NCBI GenBank assembly: GCA_951406725.2
Contig: OX597825.1
Coordinates: 3,286,001 to 3,350,000, forward strand
Length of the DNA: 64,000 nt
Direction: 5' to 3'
From: Octopus vulgaris
Lineage: Eukaryota
Shown: in pieces, positions 12,526 to 25,526 of the stretch
How the letters are laid out: each line of letters starts with the position of its first letter
Numbering within the stretch: the stretch's first letter is position 1
Notes under the pieces: model-generated
Told to the model about the DNA's origin: nothing
What the model saw: the letters and a program-made list of their open reading frames with translations, nothing else
The model's database searches: none
Translations under genes and position numbers: made by a program

Positions 12526-15063
12526 AAAAAAACCCTATGAAAATTGTTTTACGAGAACGCTCAAAATTTCTAGATATTCTAGTATGAATAAGATTATGGG
12601 AAAAACGACTATTTTTTTTTTTGTGGAATATTAAAAACAAAGTTTTGATTTCTCGTTCTGTATGTAAACATAGAATGTTTGTGATAGCGGAAGGAAGGTA
12701 CAAACTGTATTCATATGCTCTCAAAGACATGTGTAATCTGTAATCTACTTAAATAACAACTAATCAGCTTCTACAGAGACATGAAACTGCCAAGAGACAA
12801 TATAAAATAAAGCCAGGATGCGTTGATGAGCAATACCACGTTGTCACTTGTTGGCTGGACAATTTCGTGCTGTCGAAGATAACTTTACAAGCAATACCAT
12901 CACACATGCTCGAGCATTACTTCACTTCATGAGGAACACGGGCGCAGAAATTGCTAGACATTTTATATGTATCAGAGGAGAAGGGGTAATTTAGGGATGC
13001 GGATGCCGCCGATGGGGCCAGACCCTGATATACATATATTTAGAAATATCTGCAATTCACTGAGAATTAACGATGCCTTTTCAAAACTTTCAAGCATCTG
13101 GCTACTGGACTACAACCACATTGTTATTTAGTAGATATGCATGCCATACTGACCCTATATATGTATAGATACTACTATCATCTCCTTTTATTTCTGCTAA
13201 ACCCTCTCACTATCTGTGAAACAAAATCCTTATATTTTGTGTTTTAGTTGATAGTGCCATAGCGGCCAAACTTTCGGCTGATATTACATGTGATTCAGAC
13301 ATTGAAATTCTATCTGTCTGAACCATTTGTATATATGCGTCTCTCTCTCATTATGTCTGTAGAATCTGATTTAAGAAATATTAGTCTGATAGTTTTACCA
13401 CATAAGCAAGTTTCAGCTGTCATTGGCTTATTTTTTTCATTGTGCTGCCAACCTATGTCTGTACATGTCTATGCATGTAGCTCTGCAATTCAATTGATTT
13501 CCAAGCAAACCAGAGATACTAATAAAAATATAAACCTGAACGTCTCTACTAATATATTTATTTGTAAACTTTATACAATGTAATACAAAACTCCTGCAGA
13601 AAAAAGAAACAACATTAAATATAATGTAAATCTTTTTTCTACCTTCTTGAAATATGTTTATTTGAGATGTCCCTTGGATTGTCAATCATTTTCTGTGTGT
13701 GAACTATAGAAGTATAGATTCTGTCGGCATACACAACTACTTGAATCTGAATTCGTGTTGCAGCCTGCCGGTCTCAGCATTAGTATTATTCTAACAATTC
13801 ACCAAGTTATTTGATTTTAGTGTAGAATTGTGTGTAAAGAAATTCTATTGTGTCTTAGACTACATCATAATTGGCAACGTTGCCAATTATGGAGTAGTAT
13901 TCTTGCACACATGTGCAAATGTGATGAAACATTTGTGATAGACAATAATACGATGGACGAACAGATTAGAAAACAAGAGTTGTGTGGAAATGAAGAGAAA
14001 CTGTTGAAATTATATCACAGGGGAAAAATGCAGCTTAGAATTCTATTTTAATGATATAAATTTACTTGAATAGGAACATTCCTTGACTAAATTACATTTA
14101 TATCATATAGAGAAGCATCCAACTATTAATTAGAGTTTGAAATTTCGAATATATTCTTGCTAATCTCCATCTGAAGCTGAGCAAGAAACGTCGAATACAG
14201 AGGAGGTGCATAGTCAGAATTGAAGAGTCAGTCGTTTGCAGTCGTATATTTTTATAAAGCTTATATTGAATAAACCAACCATTAAACTCGGTACAACTGA
14301 AGCAATAACATAAACATAACTAGAATATGGTTAACGCATTCTGTATTTCTTTACCTTACTTTTAAATATGTCGTACTTCTTACGTTTATCGAAATAAAAT
14401 TCAGCGAAAGAATTGTATCACAAACGATTTGATGAATGAAATATTATTACTGAAAATATACTGTCATACAAAACGCATAACACGTATTCTACACCTGACG
14501 CACTTCCATAGATCATAATCATGATCAACATAGTCATCTGTGGCGACATTATTACCGGTATTATGGCCAGCGTTGTTGTCTGTACCACCATCACGATTGT
14601 TATCGTCGCTCTCGAGGTTATCACCAGTGTTGAAATTATGGAGGACTTTGTCATCATTTTGTATGATTAACGCAACTTTCATCAAAGATGTGTTCGTTGA
14701 AAAGATCCACATCACTTCAATTATCGTCGTCAGTATCATAGCCACTCTCATCAAACTCGTCGTCATGTTCATCTTCGTTGTGGCCACCACTGCTGACGCT
14801 GATGCAGACGTACAGTTCTTCGTGTCCGTCAATAATTTCAGCTCGTTTATATAAACTACTTGACATTTCACAGCAGATCTTTTAACACTCTGGAGAAAGT
14901 GATTTGATTAACCATACTTTATTCCTTAATGAGCTTCCTTAACGGGAACAACAATCTATTCAGCAGACATATCCTGGTTCAGATTCAGAGAGAAGGTCCA
15001 GATAGCAATCATTATAATTTCTCAATATTCATTACGAGTTGTTGTTTAGTATATTCAGGTAAG

Positions 15064-15165
15064 TATGAGGATGAGTAAAAAGTAAGCAACGTTTTGAACC
15101 ATGAAGTATTAAATGACGTGTTTTCCTTCTTTGAGACATTTATCCAGACGGCGGGAAAGTGGTCC
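15064..15165 (-). mobile_element. mariner 3' end fragment
   Basis: TA followed by tgaggatgagtaaaaagtaa resembles a mariner TIR. The minus strand reads LSRRLDKCLKEGKHVI*, like the mariner C-terminal L..RW.KC....G.Y motif. Confidence 0.6.
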
Positions 15166-15174
15166 TGTAAAGTC

Positions 15175-15918
15175 TTCCGTCATGCCAGTGTCCCTTCTTG
15201 ATATCCCTTCTCCATTGCAGCAATGTGTTGATGGAAATTCTCATCGTACTTCCTATTCAACTTAATTCTCAAGAAAGAAGTCAAGAAACAAGTCCAATTC
15301 AAAATGCACATCTTTAAGGACATCCTACAGCCTAAGTTCTTGAAAGTCTCATTAAACTTTGCGAGCAGCTGCATGTTGTTGAGATTTTTGTTGTTACCAA
15401 GGAAACAATGTGCGATGCCACGATGTGTACACCATACCTCCCTTCCAACGTCTCTCATTACCTTTTCAAATTTGTCTACTTCGTTCCGTCAATTATCCAT
15501 CAATAGCAATCATGGTGATGGTCGTTTTGGAACTGGTCATACTCTTAGAATAGCATGAATATTCCGTCTGCTACAGCAGAAGGGGGTCCCCCTATTTTTT
15601 TCAGACGGGAATGAAATTTGCTTACCAGTAGAATACCATCAAAAGTAGAGTAGCTTATCACTGGCCATCTACTAGAGGTTTACATTAAACAAAGAACATA
15701 ATTTTTTCCAGGCTAGTCCAAATTTCGGGTACAAATGAGCAGTCGGACGTCTCCTAACATTACAATCGTAAACAATTAGCGTAATCTGATACATCTAAGC
15801 AACGGTCGATGAGAGAGAAACAATAAGATCATTTTCGAAATCGGCGAGAAAAACCTGCATAATAAATACCTAAAACATTAGGAAAAACAAAACTTACAAA
15901 ACTGTTTGTAACATAGTG
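15175..15918 (-). mobile_element. Chapaev3-like (CMC superfamily) DNA transposon, internally deleted
   Basis: Minus-strand peptide FEKVMRDVGREVW...CFLGNNKN...FKNLGCRMSLKM...DENFHQHIAAMEKGYQ matches the FLGN..LGC.MSLKIHFLHSH...GERFHQDI..MEKRYQ motif that I recall from Chapaev3. The 5' end starts CACTATGTTACA at 15918 and is flanked by TAA (a TWA-type target). Confidence 0.7.
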
Positions 15919-16480
15919 TAATGTGTGCGCCTATACAGTCGATTTCATGAGGTAATGGGGCCGGGAAACATTGCTGTGGCTCGACAGCGAACTATCCCCT
16001 ATCCCTTCAGCTGCCTAGCTAAATAATTACCTGCATATCCATTGTGATGCACGTATGTATGCATAATAGGTGGGTGGTAACGGTGGCGTTGAGGTGTTCC
16101 TAACTACTTTGTGTATTTCCAATTTAGTATGGATAATTGCTCGCTTATAAGGACATTTTCACGTACCTGCATAAGCGAGACGTCCATTTTGTGTTTGGGC
16201 AAAACACGGACGTCAATTCGGCCCAGCGCACCGCCAAGTTGATCCCTGTCACACTCATAGAGTATGGGGTAAGTTTTCCGTTCGTATAATCTCGCCGGTG
16301 TTCGCTTCGCCTCTCCGATTTTACTCGTAGATGTATCCTTAATGTAAACTATGTACCTGTTCTTAGAAACCCCCTCCATGAACCGTAAACTGTAGATTAT
16401 GTACCTGATAGTACTGTCAATTCTTGACTTAAATGAACAAACCACACGATTCCTAACGGTGGTACATATATATATATATA

Positions 16481-16763
16481 TCACGTGATCACGTGACAGA
16501 CCAGACTATCAGATGTTGTTACACATCGCTGGTCACAATGCGTTCGCATTGTTTTAGCCTTCGAATGACGCCACCCCGCTGGCTAAGCGAGCTGGCCAAC
16601 AGAAGAAAGAGTGAGAGAAAGTGTGGTGAAAGAGTACAGCAGGGATCACCACCTCCTGCCGGAACCTCGTGGAGCTTTTTTATGTGTTTTCGCTCAATAA
16701 ACACTCACAACGCGATCCTACGACCGCGAGTCCGCTGCCCTAACCACTAGGCCATTGCGCCTC

Positions 16764-16766
<3 letters not shown>
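16481..16766 (-). mobile_element. tRNA-derived SINE, family B
   Basis: The minus strand begins gtggaggcgcaatggcctagtggttagggcagcggactcgcggtcgtagg (A box and tRNA-like head; B-box region deleted). It is flanked by TA/CA microsatellites. Confidence 0.8.
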
Positions 16767-16797
<31 letters not shown>

Positions 16798-16804
16798 CAT
16801 ACAC

Positions 16805-16861
<57 letters not shown>

Positions 16862-17401
16862 ATAGTTACATATTCGTATTTATGTAGGTAGATACATGAT
16901 TCCGCGCGCAGAATATTTCATTAAACTAACTTATAAATTTGCAGATATATTTTAATGCTATACGTGAATGGCAGCCCTTGAGGTGAATTCCTTACAATTG
17001 GATGCACACACAGCAGTATATTTTGTTATTCATAGATTTCCATCTGTTAACACTTTAATTCCCTCCTCCATTTTTAATGTGTTGAACGGCACTGAGCTGA
17101 TGATGCATACATTTGCTCACTTGTTCCCAGAGGCGTCTTCTGCTGAATGCTATTACACTTGGTCTGAAAAACAAACTAAGACTGGTATCTTGCAAAGTAC
17201 CGTTTCTTTTAAAATCAGAAATATTTATTTAGTAATCGGAAATAATATATGGCCATCTGTTTTAGTCCTTCGTCGCAGCTGTTTTGAGGCGCAAATGCAA
17301 CAACAACGGATATATTATTGATAGGTTCTGCTTTCGATATACGACACGGAATTGGGGGAGAAACGATTTAGTGAATAACCTAGAATTAATTATATGGCAT
17401 C

Positions 17402-17682
17402 TAAAGAGCATGGCTCAATGTTTAGTACGTCGGGCTGAGAGTTATGAGGTAGTAAGTTCTATTTCCGCCTCAGGTTGTGTTGTGTTCTTGAGTAGGACTC
17501 TTTATTTCACGTTGCTCTAATTCACTCAGCTGTACAAATGAGTTACGATATCACTGGTGCGAAGATGTATCAGCTATTGCTCCTCCCTAGGATGACCCCG
17601 GGGGCGTAGAGAGGAGAGGCCGGAGTTGAACTTTCTACTTGCACCCTATGATCATTCATCACCAACGGAAGTCTTTATCTTA
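17402..17682 (+). mobile_element. tRNA-derived SINE, family C (CORE-like middle), diverged copy
   Basis: A-box-like tggctcaatgttt. It shares tgttgtgttcttgag..actttatttcacgttgc...gtacaaatgagtt..gtcactggtg with the copy at 23727. Confidence 0.8.
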
Positions 17683-18099
17683 TCTAACATGAAAGGAATA
17701 ATAAGAAAAAATGTAAGTACTGTGGTTGGAACTCCAAATTATATTCTATAGAAATATCTGATGGACGTGTTCCGGCGGCTGTCATATTTCTGCCAGCAGA
17801 CCTACTTAATGACACCGATGAGAACAATGTCGGCTGTAGCGACAAACACATTCACACTTCTTTCTATTGTAGGTAAAAGTCCTTCAATAGGTAATATGAA
17901 AACTAGGAAAGGTCTACGCCAGAATGTATTACCATATTTTCAGGAAATGGAAATAACTCCTCTCAGACGAAGATTTTTCTCTGAACCATTAACCATCGAT
18001 TCCATTGATTTAAGTCAATGCTGCAATATTTTCAATAAAGTCCTTTTCTAGTCAGCATATACTCCTAGTAAGAAATGTTTAATATTTGTTGCAGTGACA

Positions 18100-18460
18100 T
18101 TCTCCGTACATTCTTTAATTTATTAAGGTTTAAAGTTAGACAAGTATTGCCTATGAGGTCGAGGATTTGGTATAAGATATTCGGGCTGTCAAGCTTTGTC
18201 AGGGAGGATAGAAACTTAATCCACATTTGAAATTGTTCCTTTGAAATATCTTGAAATATTCTACCACTTCATCTTTCTTAGATATAGGGATTTGAAATGA
18301 TTATACGGAAAAGCTTATCACATTTTCAGCGACATGGCGACTATTTTTGAAGGGACGAAAGAGAGACAAACTTTTATCCAATACGAGTTTCTACAATTAT
18401 ATTAAGACATTGATTTTGCTTTTACCGATGATATGGAAGATAAGGCATATCTCTGATGTG
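18100..18460 (-). mobile_element. Possible highly degraded LINE reverse-transcriptase C-terminal remnant
   Basis: Minus-strand fragments PSKIVAM, EVVEYFK, GTISN and GLSFYP fall in the order of the LNPSKT..M / VE.FKYLG.TISN.LSW motif. There are many disruptions. Confidence 0.3.
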
Positions 18461-20870
18461 CTGCAGAGATTCAGAAGCTGATGTAGCTTTACCCATTAGC
18501 TACGTACACAACACAAAAGAATATAAAAATAAAATGTTCAGTGTGGTTGCTGCTGTGGTTGTTAGTGTTGTTTAATTCGAAAGTAAATCTGATTAACCAG
18601 ATTTCTGAGAGAAGTGATCCAAGCGATATTTTTTGTTTCGTTTTTAATACATCAAGATCAATTGGTCCTTGTGCTCTGTTTGAGCAGTGAAATATCGTCA
18701 CAAATATAAGTGGCGGCTTTCATTCCTTACCTATAATATAATCATAATACAGCCTGTTACTTCACCATGTGTTGCAATAGATTATTCTATTAAAACGTGT
18801 CTGATAGATGTTAGTCTATCTTGTAGACAATGATTACGGGCAACTTACTTAGTGACTCATTAAGAATACTGCTGTGCCTGTGTCATTGTTATTATTTCAT
18901 TTTTGTTATGCGATGAAGTACAAGTTGAAATCGGCAGCAAAACAATATTAGATGGAGTATATTATCATATATTAGATAGCCTGGTGCGAGAAACACTAAT
19001 TATGGTTTTCTGATTATTCACTTGTTTGTCTCAAATATCCCGGAAGCTTTTGGATGCGATGCAAGACAAATTCGTTTCATTTTTTTAACCATAATTTTAC
19101 ATCATTAAGCTCTAAATTTGCACGACATTTTGAAAACAAATATTTTAAACAATACTTTTTAATTATTGTGTATTAAGCCACAAATCGACACTGTACGATC
19201 GAGTTGATGAAGAACAAGGCAACCACTATTAAACCTATTTTACAAAGAATATTGCGTCGTATCTTTAGTTCTATTTTCTCTGATGCCTATTTCTTCGCTT
19301 CCCGTATTTATGAGTTTAGGTTCATATTTCTAGACGAATGAAATATCCATCAATGCCACATTTCGAAGACTCTTATCATTACAACTGAGTATCGTTTTTC
19401 TTATTTTCTAATATCATTTTAATTGAAATATCTTTTATTACTGAAATTCTAAATGCGTTATTACACTATTATTCTAAACGAATGCGTGAAGAACTTCTCT
19501 AAATTTAAAATTCGTGTGAAGTAATTAGGAAACGTTTATGAAAATTTATGGTTTATTGGTAATGGTACAATTACGATCACTTACATTGTCCAACAGTTTC
19601 AGATTCATATATCTTCAAAGGAATAAATAAAATTTAAATAATATGGCTTAAGGATAATATATATAGATACACAGATACACTGAAATACAGCAGAACAAAT
19701 TCTAACTAAAATAGATAGCGAAAATATTATTAAAATAGAATTATAAAATGTGACAAGAAATAAATATGTTTCTAAATATGAACGTAGCGTCTCAATATAG
19801 ATATTATTCTATATATCATATATCATGTATTGCTGCAGTAAATTATTGCATGAAAGAAGAAATTATTGAAGAATAAATGATTGTGTAAATTCATCGTTTG
19901 TCATGTCATATCTAATTAGTAGACAAATTGCGACTGTACATGTTAGATAACGAGTTAAATCAGATGATGTTGACAGGCAGATGTTAGAGTTTGAATGTAA
20001 AATAAAAGACTGGAAGCAAGAACATGACTACGCATTGCTGGGAAGTAACAGAATTTAGTCAACTGATGTGTGTCAGCAAGTATGACTTGTTTATGTTTGT
20101 ACACATAATCACATACATGTGTATATGAGCAAATGTGTATGTGTGAGAGAGAGAGAGTGTGTGTATTTGGGTGTAATTATACACGTACACATATACATAT
20201 GTCTTAAAAATTATTGAAAAAAGTGATTATAATGGGAAAGGTGAACGATGAATTTTTTAGAAGAATTTAATTCAATAACCTATCACCAATGGATATATTC
20301 TGGTAAAATTCTACTATTGAAGTATATAGACATTCAGCTGTCATGCCTGTCGGGAGTGTGGGAATGAATCGTAAATGAAATCAGATATTTATGGAAACAA
20401 TACAAATTTGACTGATGATGGAGGTCTATAACATCATTTATTGAGGTGCAGTATGATTCTATATAAGATTAATTAAAATGAGTGCAATCTGAAATGTGCA
20501 TTATTTGAAAGCAAATATTAATTCTACTTACATGTATTGGCATTCATAAACACACGCATATATATTCCTGCACCGGGGACACAAAGGCGTACTCAAATAC
20601 ACACATAAAAACACATATAACTAGAAGTATATGGAAATGAGCCTGAGTCCACATATTTGGGAAGAGACGTTCACATCTACCAAATCTAGAAAATTTGATG
20701 ATTGAAGGATGAAAATATGTCTTCATCTGTTTGGTATTTGATATTAGAATTTACTGTTGCTTTGCGTACATAACTGCAGGCAACGTCCAAAAAGAGATTA
20801 CGCATATGAATTTTAAGAGTTCTTCATCTAGATTATATGGGATAAATTTGACCACGAAAATCTTTTTTTA

Positions 20871-20921
20871 TATAGATATAATATACATATAGATATAATA
20901 TACATATAGATATAATATACA
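20871..20921. repeat. 17-bp minisatellite x3 (tatagatataatataca)
   Basis: Three perfect tandem units. Confidence 0.9.
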
Positions 20922-21050
20922 ATATGATATTGTTTTAGGCTGCGTTATTTTGTCCGACAATATCGCGTCAACTCTTTTGGGAAAATATATGTCCCTGACC
21001 TTTATTGACATTTCTCCTGGCATGTGTGTTATTCTTAGTGTAGAATTAGG

Positions 21051-21605
21051 TTAGGTTGTGAAAATGAGCTTGAATTGGTGCATCAATGACAGGGGGCTTT
21101 AATGTGTTTTGTATGAGATTGGCACGGCTGCAGCAATTACACCGATCTACATTGCATTATAGATGCTACACTGTAATGCGTTAGAAGTTTATTAGGCAAT
21201 CCTGGGAATTCCGAAGAATGTTGAAACTTGAGAATTAACAATTAATTTAGTTTTAAAATCTATAATTTTGCTTCAAAATAGAAGACACCACTATAATACT
21301 TTTGACCTTCTTTTAACCGTATCTTTCTCAGCACTAATATTACAATTTCTCTTACACAAGCGCAGCGCAAATGAAAATTGATAACCAATATACTTCTTTT
21401 AAAACATAACTAATCTGAAAACTCTGCTAATTGTGGATATATTGTATATTTGTTAAGTTGTCAAAATGCGCTTAAATTAGTGCATGAATGACAAAGTGTT
21501 TTAATGCGTCCAAGCACTACAGGTGCTACAGTGGAATGCGTTAGAAGTTCATTAGGCAATCCTGGGAATTCCGAAAACTGTTGAAACTGGAGAATTAACA
21601 ATTTA
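21051..21605 (+). repeat. Local diverged direct duplication (about 21051-21245 and about 21453-21605)
   Basis: Both copies share tgctaca.tg.aatgcgttagaagtt.attaggcaatcctgggaattccgaa...tgttgaaact.gagaattaacaatt at a 360-bp offset. An upstream block is also shared. Confidence 0.9.
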
Positions 21606-21870
21606 ATACATTGGAAAAACGTAGCGAGCTCTCGACAAATAGGATTCGATTGAAGTTAAAATAAAAGCTTTTTGCATGCTACTGAATATGTAAATGATTA
21701 TAGCATTACACCTCAGGCAGGAAAATTGAATGACTGGGTTAATTCCCACATCTACCTTGCACGTACGTAAAACTAGCTATGCTTTCCATCACGTGATACA
21801 ATATTTATAGTGCTAATTACAATCTCAGTATCATTATACATGCTTCAATTATTTTAAAAAGCGGGAAAAT

Positions 21871-22268
21871 AGGTGCAGCAGTGGCTCTGTAGCAAGAAGC
21901 TTGCTTCCCAACGGCATTGTTCCGGGTTCAGTCCCACTGCGTGGCAATTTCGGCAAGAGCCTTCTACTATAGTTTCGGACCGACGAAAGCCTTGTGAGTG
22001 AATTTGGTAGACAGAAACTGAAATAATCCTGTCGTATGGATATATGCATGTATTTGTGTGCTTGTGTTTGTCGCACACCACCATCGCTTGAAACAGATGT
22101 TGGTGTGTTTACATCCTCGTAACTTAGCAGTTCGACAAAAGAGACCGATAGTATAAGTACTAGACCTGCAAGGAATACGTCCTTGGGTCGAATTGTTCGA
22201 CTAAAGGCGGTTCTCTAGCATGGCCGCAGTGAAATGATTGAAAGAAGTAAAAAGAAAGTAAAAGAATA
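21871..22268 (+). mobile_element. tRNA-derived SINE, family A, full length
   Basis: Head aggtgcagcagtggct, B box gggttcagtccc, internal TA/TG tract and 3' agcatggccgcag...gtaaaaga tail. Homologous to the copies at 25527-25890 and 55091-55206. Confidence 0.9.
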
Positions 22269-23726
22269 ATGTTTCCTTAAAAAATAAGTTTTCTTTAAAA
22301 AAACTCCTTTCATGTTTCACCCTCGGATATTTTCGATATTTTGCAAAGAACTCCACCATTATAAGCTAAATAGAAATGAAACGTGGGTGCATTACAAAAA
22401 GTAACATGTCCTTCAAGCGATGCAATAATTATACCTGGCAAGTCTCATACTCAGTGGTTTTATTTTACCTGTGAAATTAGATCGATAGAACGTCTCGTCT
22501 GCACGTAATGCCTTTTTCCGTTGCACTATGAGATACGCTGCATCAGGGATGCATACGTAGTTCTTGTGTCTGGAAACTACCTGGACACATTGTCACTTAT
22601 ATGTAGGTAAAGAGCAGTTATCATATAAAACCTCTCTCATAACTTCACAAACCAAATCCTTGTTACGTGTATTGTTTGTATGGGAAGTTAAACGACGGTA
22701 GTTCTGCTAGCTCAGTTCATAAATATATTTATACTGTCATACGACTGAATGCACCGATGTAGATTTCATTGCTGTAAAAATTAATAAACACGCGTGTTGC
22801 AAACTTGTACAAAATGATTTTGACTTCTCCGTAATCATATCTAATAATCCTTACATGAAGACTCATTCTCCTTAATACGTGTTGTTATAAATGTTTTTCT
22901 TCATTTATGAATGTCGATATTTATTTATTTATTCATACATTTATTTCTTACCATACAAACTATATAATCCCAGTTTATGTCTAAATATAAAAATTGGGTT
23001 CTGCTAAGGTTTCTTTGAATACAGTTTGTTTGTACGTTACTCTCTTTCTTAAAACAACTTCTATTTTTGGCAATGGTCAACTCTAGATCTATGATTTCGA
23101 TTTAGACCTGGAGAGAATGAAACGAAATTAGATAAAATTATTATGTTTATTAAAAACATGGTATTGTTACAATAAAGAGGACGCTAGCGAAATCCGTTTA
23201 GTCATTTCGCTTTATTAAACACCACGATGTCGTGTGTGGAGCATTTAATAAAGATATACGGGATGAAGATGTTCGCATTTCCTGTACATATTCATCCTGA
23301 AGAGAAGTTATTGCCAAAGCTAGAACATTTCTGATCTTAAATATGTTTCGTAAGCACTTAGAGGCGATGAAAACTACTGCACAAATTATATGTATTAAAA
23401 GCAAGGAAATCCTAAAATAACATTTATCTTAATGCTATAATGAAATAATGCTACGACGACATCTTCAGAATTGGATTTATGTAATTTATTTTAGATTCCT
23501 TTTGTAATAACTTTAATTTTGAAATGCTTTGGACAGTTCGGTAGAATCGTCTTAGAAGCTGTTTTATGTAGGCTTCGAGTGTGGAGATAAACAGCAAGAA
23601 TCCGTTTACCAGTTAGAATCGAAAATTTAAATCTTCTAAAAGCTAAGATGATACTGTTTGGTCACAATTTAAATCTCTACATTATGTAATCCAGTGACTA
23701 GTAATGTGCAATAAAGTATTATGCAA

Positions 23727-24060
23727 GTGAAGGCTGATGGCCCAACGGTTAGAGCGTCGAGCTTACGATCCTGAGGCTGTGAGTTCGATTACCCGACCGG
23801 GCTGTATGTTGTGTTCTTGAGCAAGACACTTTATTTCACGTTGCCCCAGTGCACTCACGCGTACAAATGAGTTGCGACGTCACTGGTGTCAAGCTGTATC
23901 GGCCTTTGTCTTTCCGCTGGATAACATTAGTGGCGTGGAGAGGGAGGGCTGGTATGCATGGGCGGCTGCTGGTTTTCAAAAACAGCCTCACCCGGACTTG
24001 TGCCTCGGAGGGGAAATTTCTAGGTGCAATCCTATTGCCATTCATGATCGAACAGGTTCA
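23727..24060 (+). mobile_element. tRNA-derived SINE, family C
   Basis: A box tggcccaacggttagagc, B box gagttcgattacc and CORE-like tgtgttcttgagcaagacacttt. Homologous to 17402-17682. Confidence 0.88.
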
Positions 24061-24384
24061 CCCATTATGCATATATTAAATCAATTATTTTCTGTAAATA
24101 TATTGTTCGTTTCCGCTGGCCAAAGTTGCATCTGTACATAATCAAATACACTTTCTACGTTTTGAACTTAGCCGTATAAGACTACTGAAATCTCAACTCA
24201 AAACTCTACTATTTTCAAGGTAGAAATGTTGCAAAATAAGCCTTCAAGCAAATTTTACGCCTTTAATGAGAGATTGCGTAATTTCAGATATTGTATTTAA
24301 AATTTTGCTATGATCGAACAAAATACGGATTGTTCCGTATGAAACACCTTATTTAAATACACACGCACACTCACACACACACAT

Positions 24385-24419
<35 letters not shown>

Positions 24420-24658
24420 AAACCCTTGATTCAATAACACTGTGTATAAACTATACTTGGAATTACCAATTTTAAATACTACTGGATTTTACTCATAAGG
24501 TATAGGAACCTCATATGTATACCGTTTTGACTAAATGATTAATCTACAAATATAAATACAATATCCCTGCTTATCTCACATCTATTTTCTTTCCTCCACC
24601 TCACTCTTTATTTCGTATCTTATCTAAATTAACTATTGCTTAACCATCTTCTCACACC

Positions 24659-24710
24659 GTCTCCAGTGAAGGGATATCATTAATAAATATCATAGAAACA
24701 GCTGTAAGAC
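24659..24710 (+). other. Degenerate type I hammerhead-ribozyme motif (Penelope pLTR-type relic)
   Basis: The layout is gtct-[ccagtga in place of CUGAUGA]-stem II-GAAA-palindromic cagctg-UA-agac. Stem I (gtct/agac), GAAA and the GUA triplet are present, but the first core box has 3 substitutions. Confidence 0.55.
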
Positions 24711-24780
24711 CTTCTATTTATAAATGTTCTAAAATATTCACAACCTTGGTTTTTTTTATCTCATTACAGAAAAAAATTAT

Positions 24781-24784
24781 ATGT

Positions 24785-24863
<79 letters not shown>

Positions 24864-24901
24864 TATATGTATATGTGTGGGTGTGTGTTTGTATATGTAT
24901 A

Positions 24902-24945
<44 letters not shown>
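24781..24945. repeat. (TA)n/(TG)n compound microsatellite
   Basis: Direct reading. Confidence 0.95.
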
Positions 24946-24947
<2 letters not shown>

Positions 24948-25299
24948 TGTGTGTACGTATACATACGCTTACAGTTATACATGTGTGTACGTACACACAT
25001 ACACCAACGTAACAGAAGAGTACATCATCTGTAATATTTTATCCATTAGACCGAGTTATTTATATTTGTGTTCTGATACACTTTACACATTACCTGCACA
25101 TTGAGGTTGAAACACGAAACACATATTTGTTATTCTTACTTTACTTTAATGATGAATATTTACATTCCTTTCTATCAAAATGAAATACATTATCATTTTT
25201 GCTATGCACCTGTCAACATATCAAAATGCGAGGGAAGCTTTCCAATTTTGGGAAGTCAACAATAGATGGAAACTAAAGAATGGGAAATGAAAAGTATAT

Positions 25300-25514
25300 T
25301 CTTTTCTACTCTACGCATGAGGCCCGAAAGTTTTGTGGAGGTGAACCAGTCGATAGATCGACCTCAGTACTCAACTGGTATTTAATTTACTCAACCCGAA
25401 AGGATGAAAGCCGAAATCAGCCTCAGCAGAATTTTAACTCAGAACGTAAAGACAGACAAAATACCACAAAGCATTTCTCTCGGCGTGCTAACGTTTCTGC
25501 CAGCTCGCCACCTT
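25300..25514 (-). mobile_element. SINE family D (aggcggcgagctggcag head)
   Basis: Minus strand reads aaggtggcgagctggcagaaacgttagcacgccg...gttctgagttaaaattc...ctttcatcctttcggg. Homologous to several other copies in the window. Confidence 0.88.
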
Positions 25515-25526
25515 AAATGAAATGTA

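Noticed and set aside
12800-12920. VLSKITLQA, resembling the RTE LINE C-terminal LSKTILQG
   Set aside because: The match is too short and the flanking motifs are absent.
13830-14240. 73-aa ORF and following purine-rich stretch
   Set aside because: No family motif and multiple stops; compatible with chance.
16700-23800. tRNA-like heads as real tRNA genes
   Set aside because: They lack a complete cloverleaf and continue into SINE bodies.
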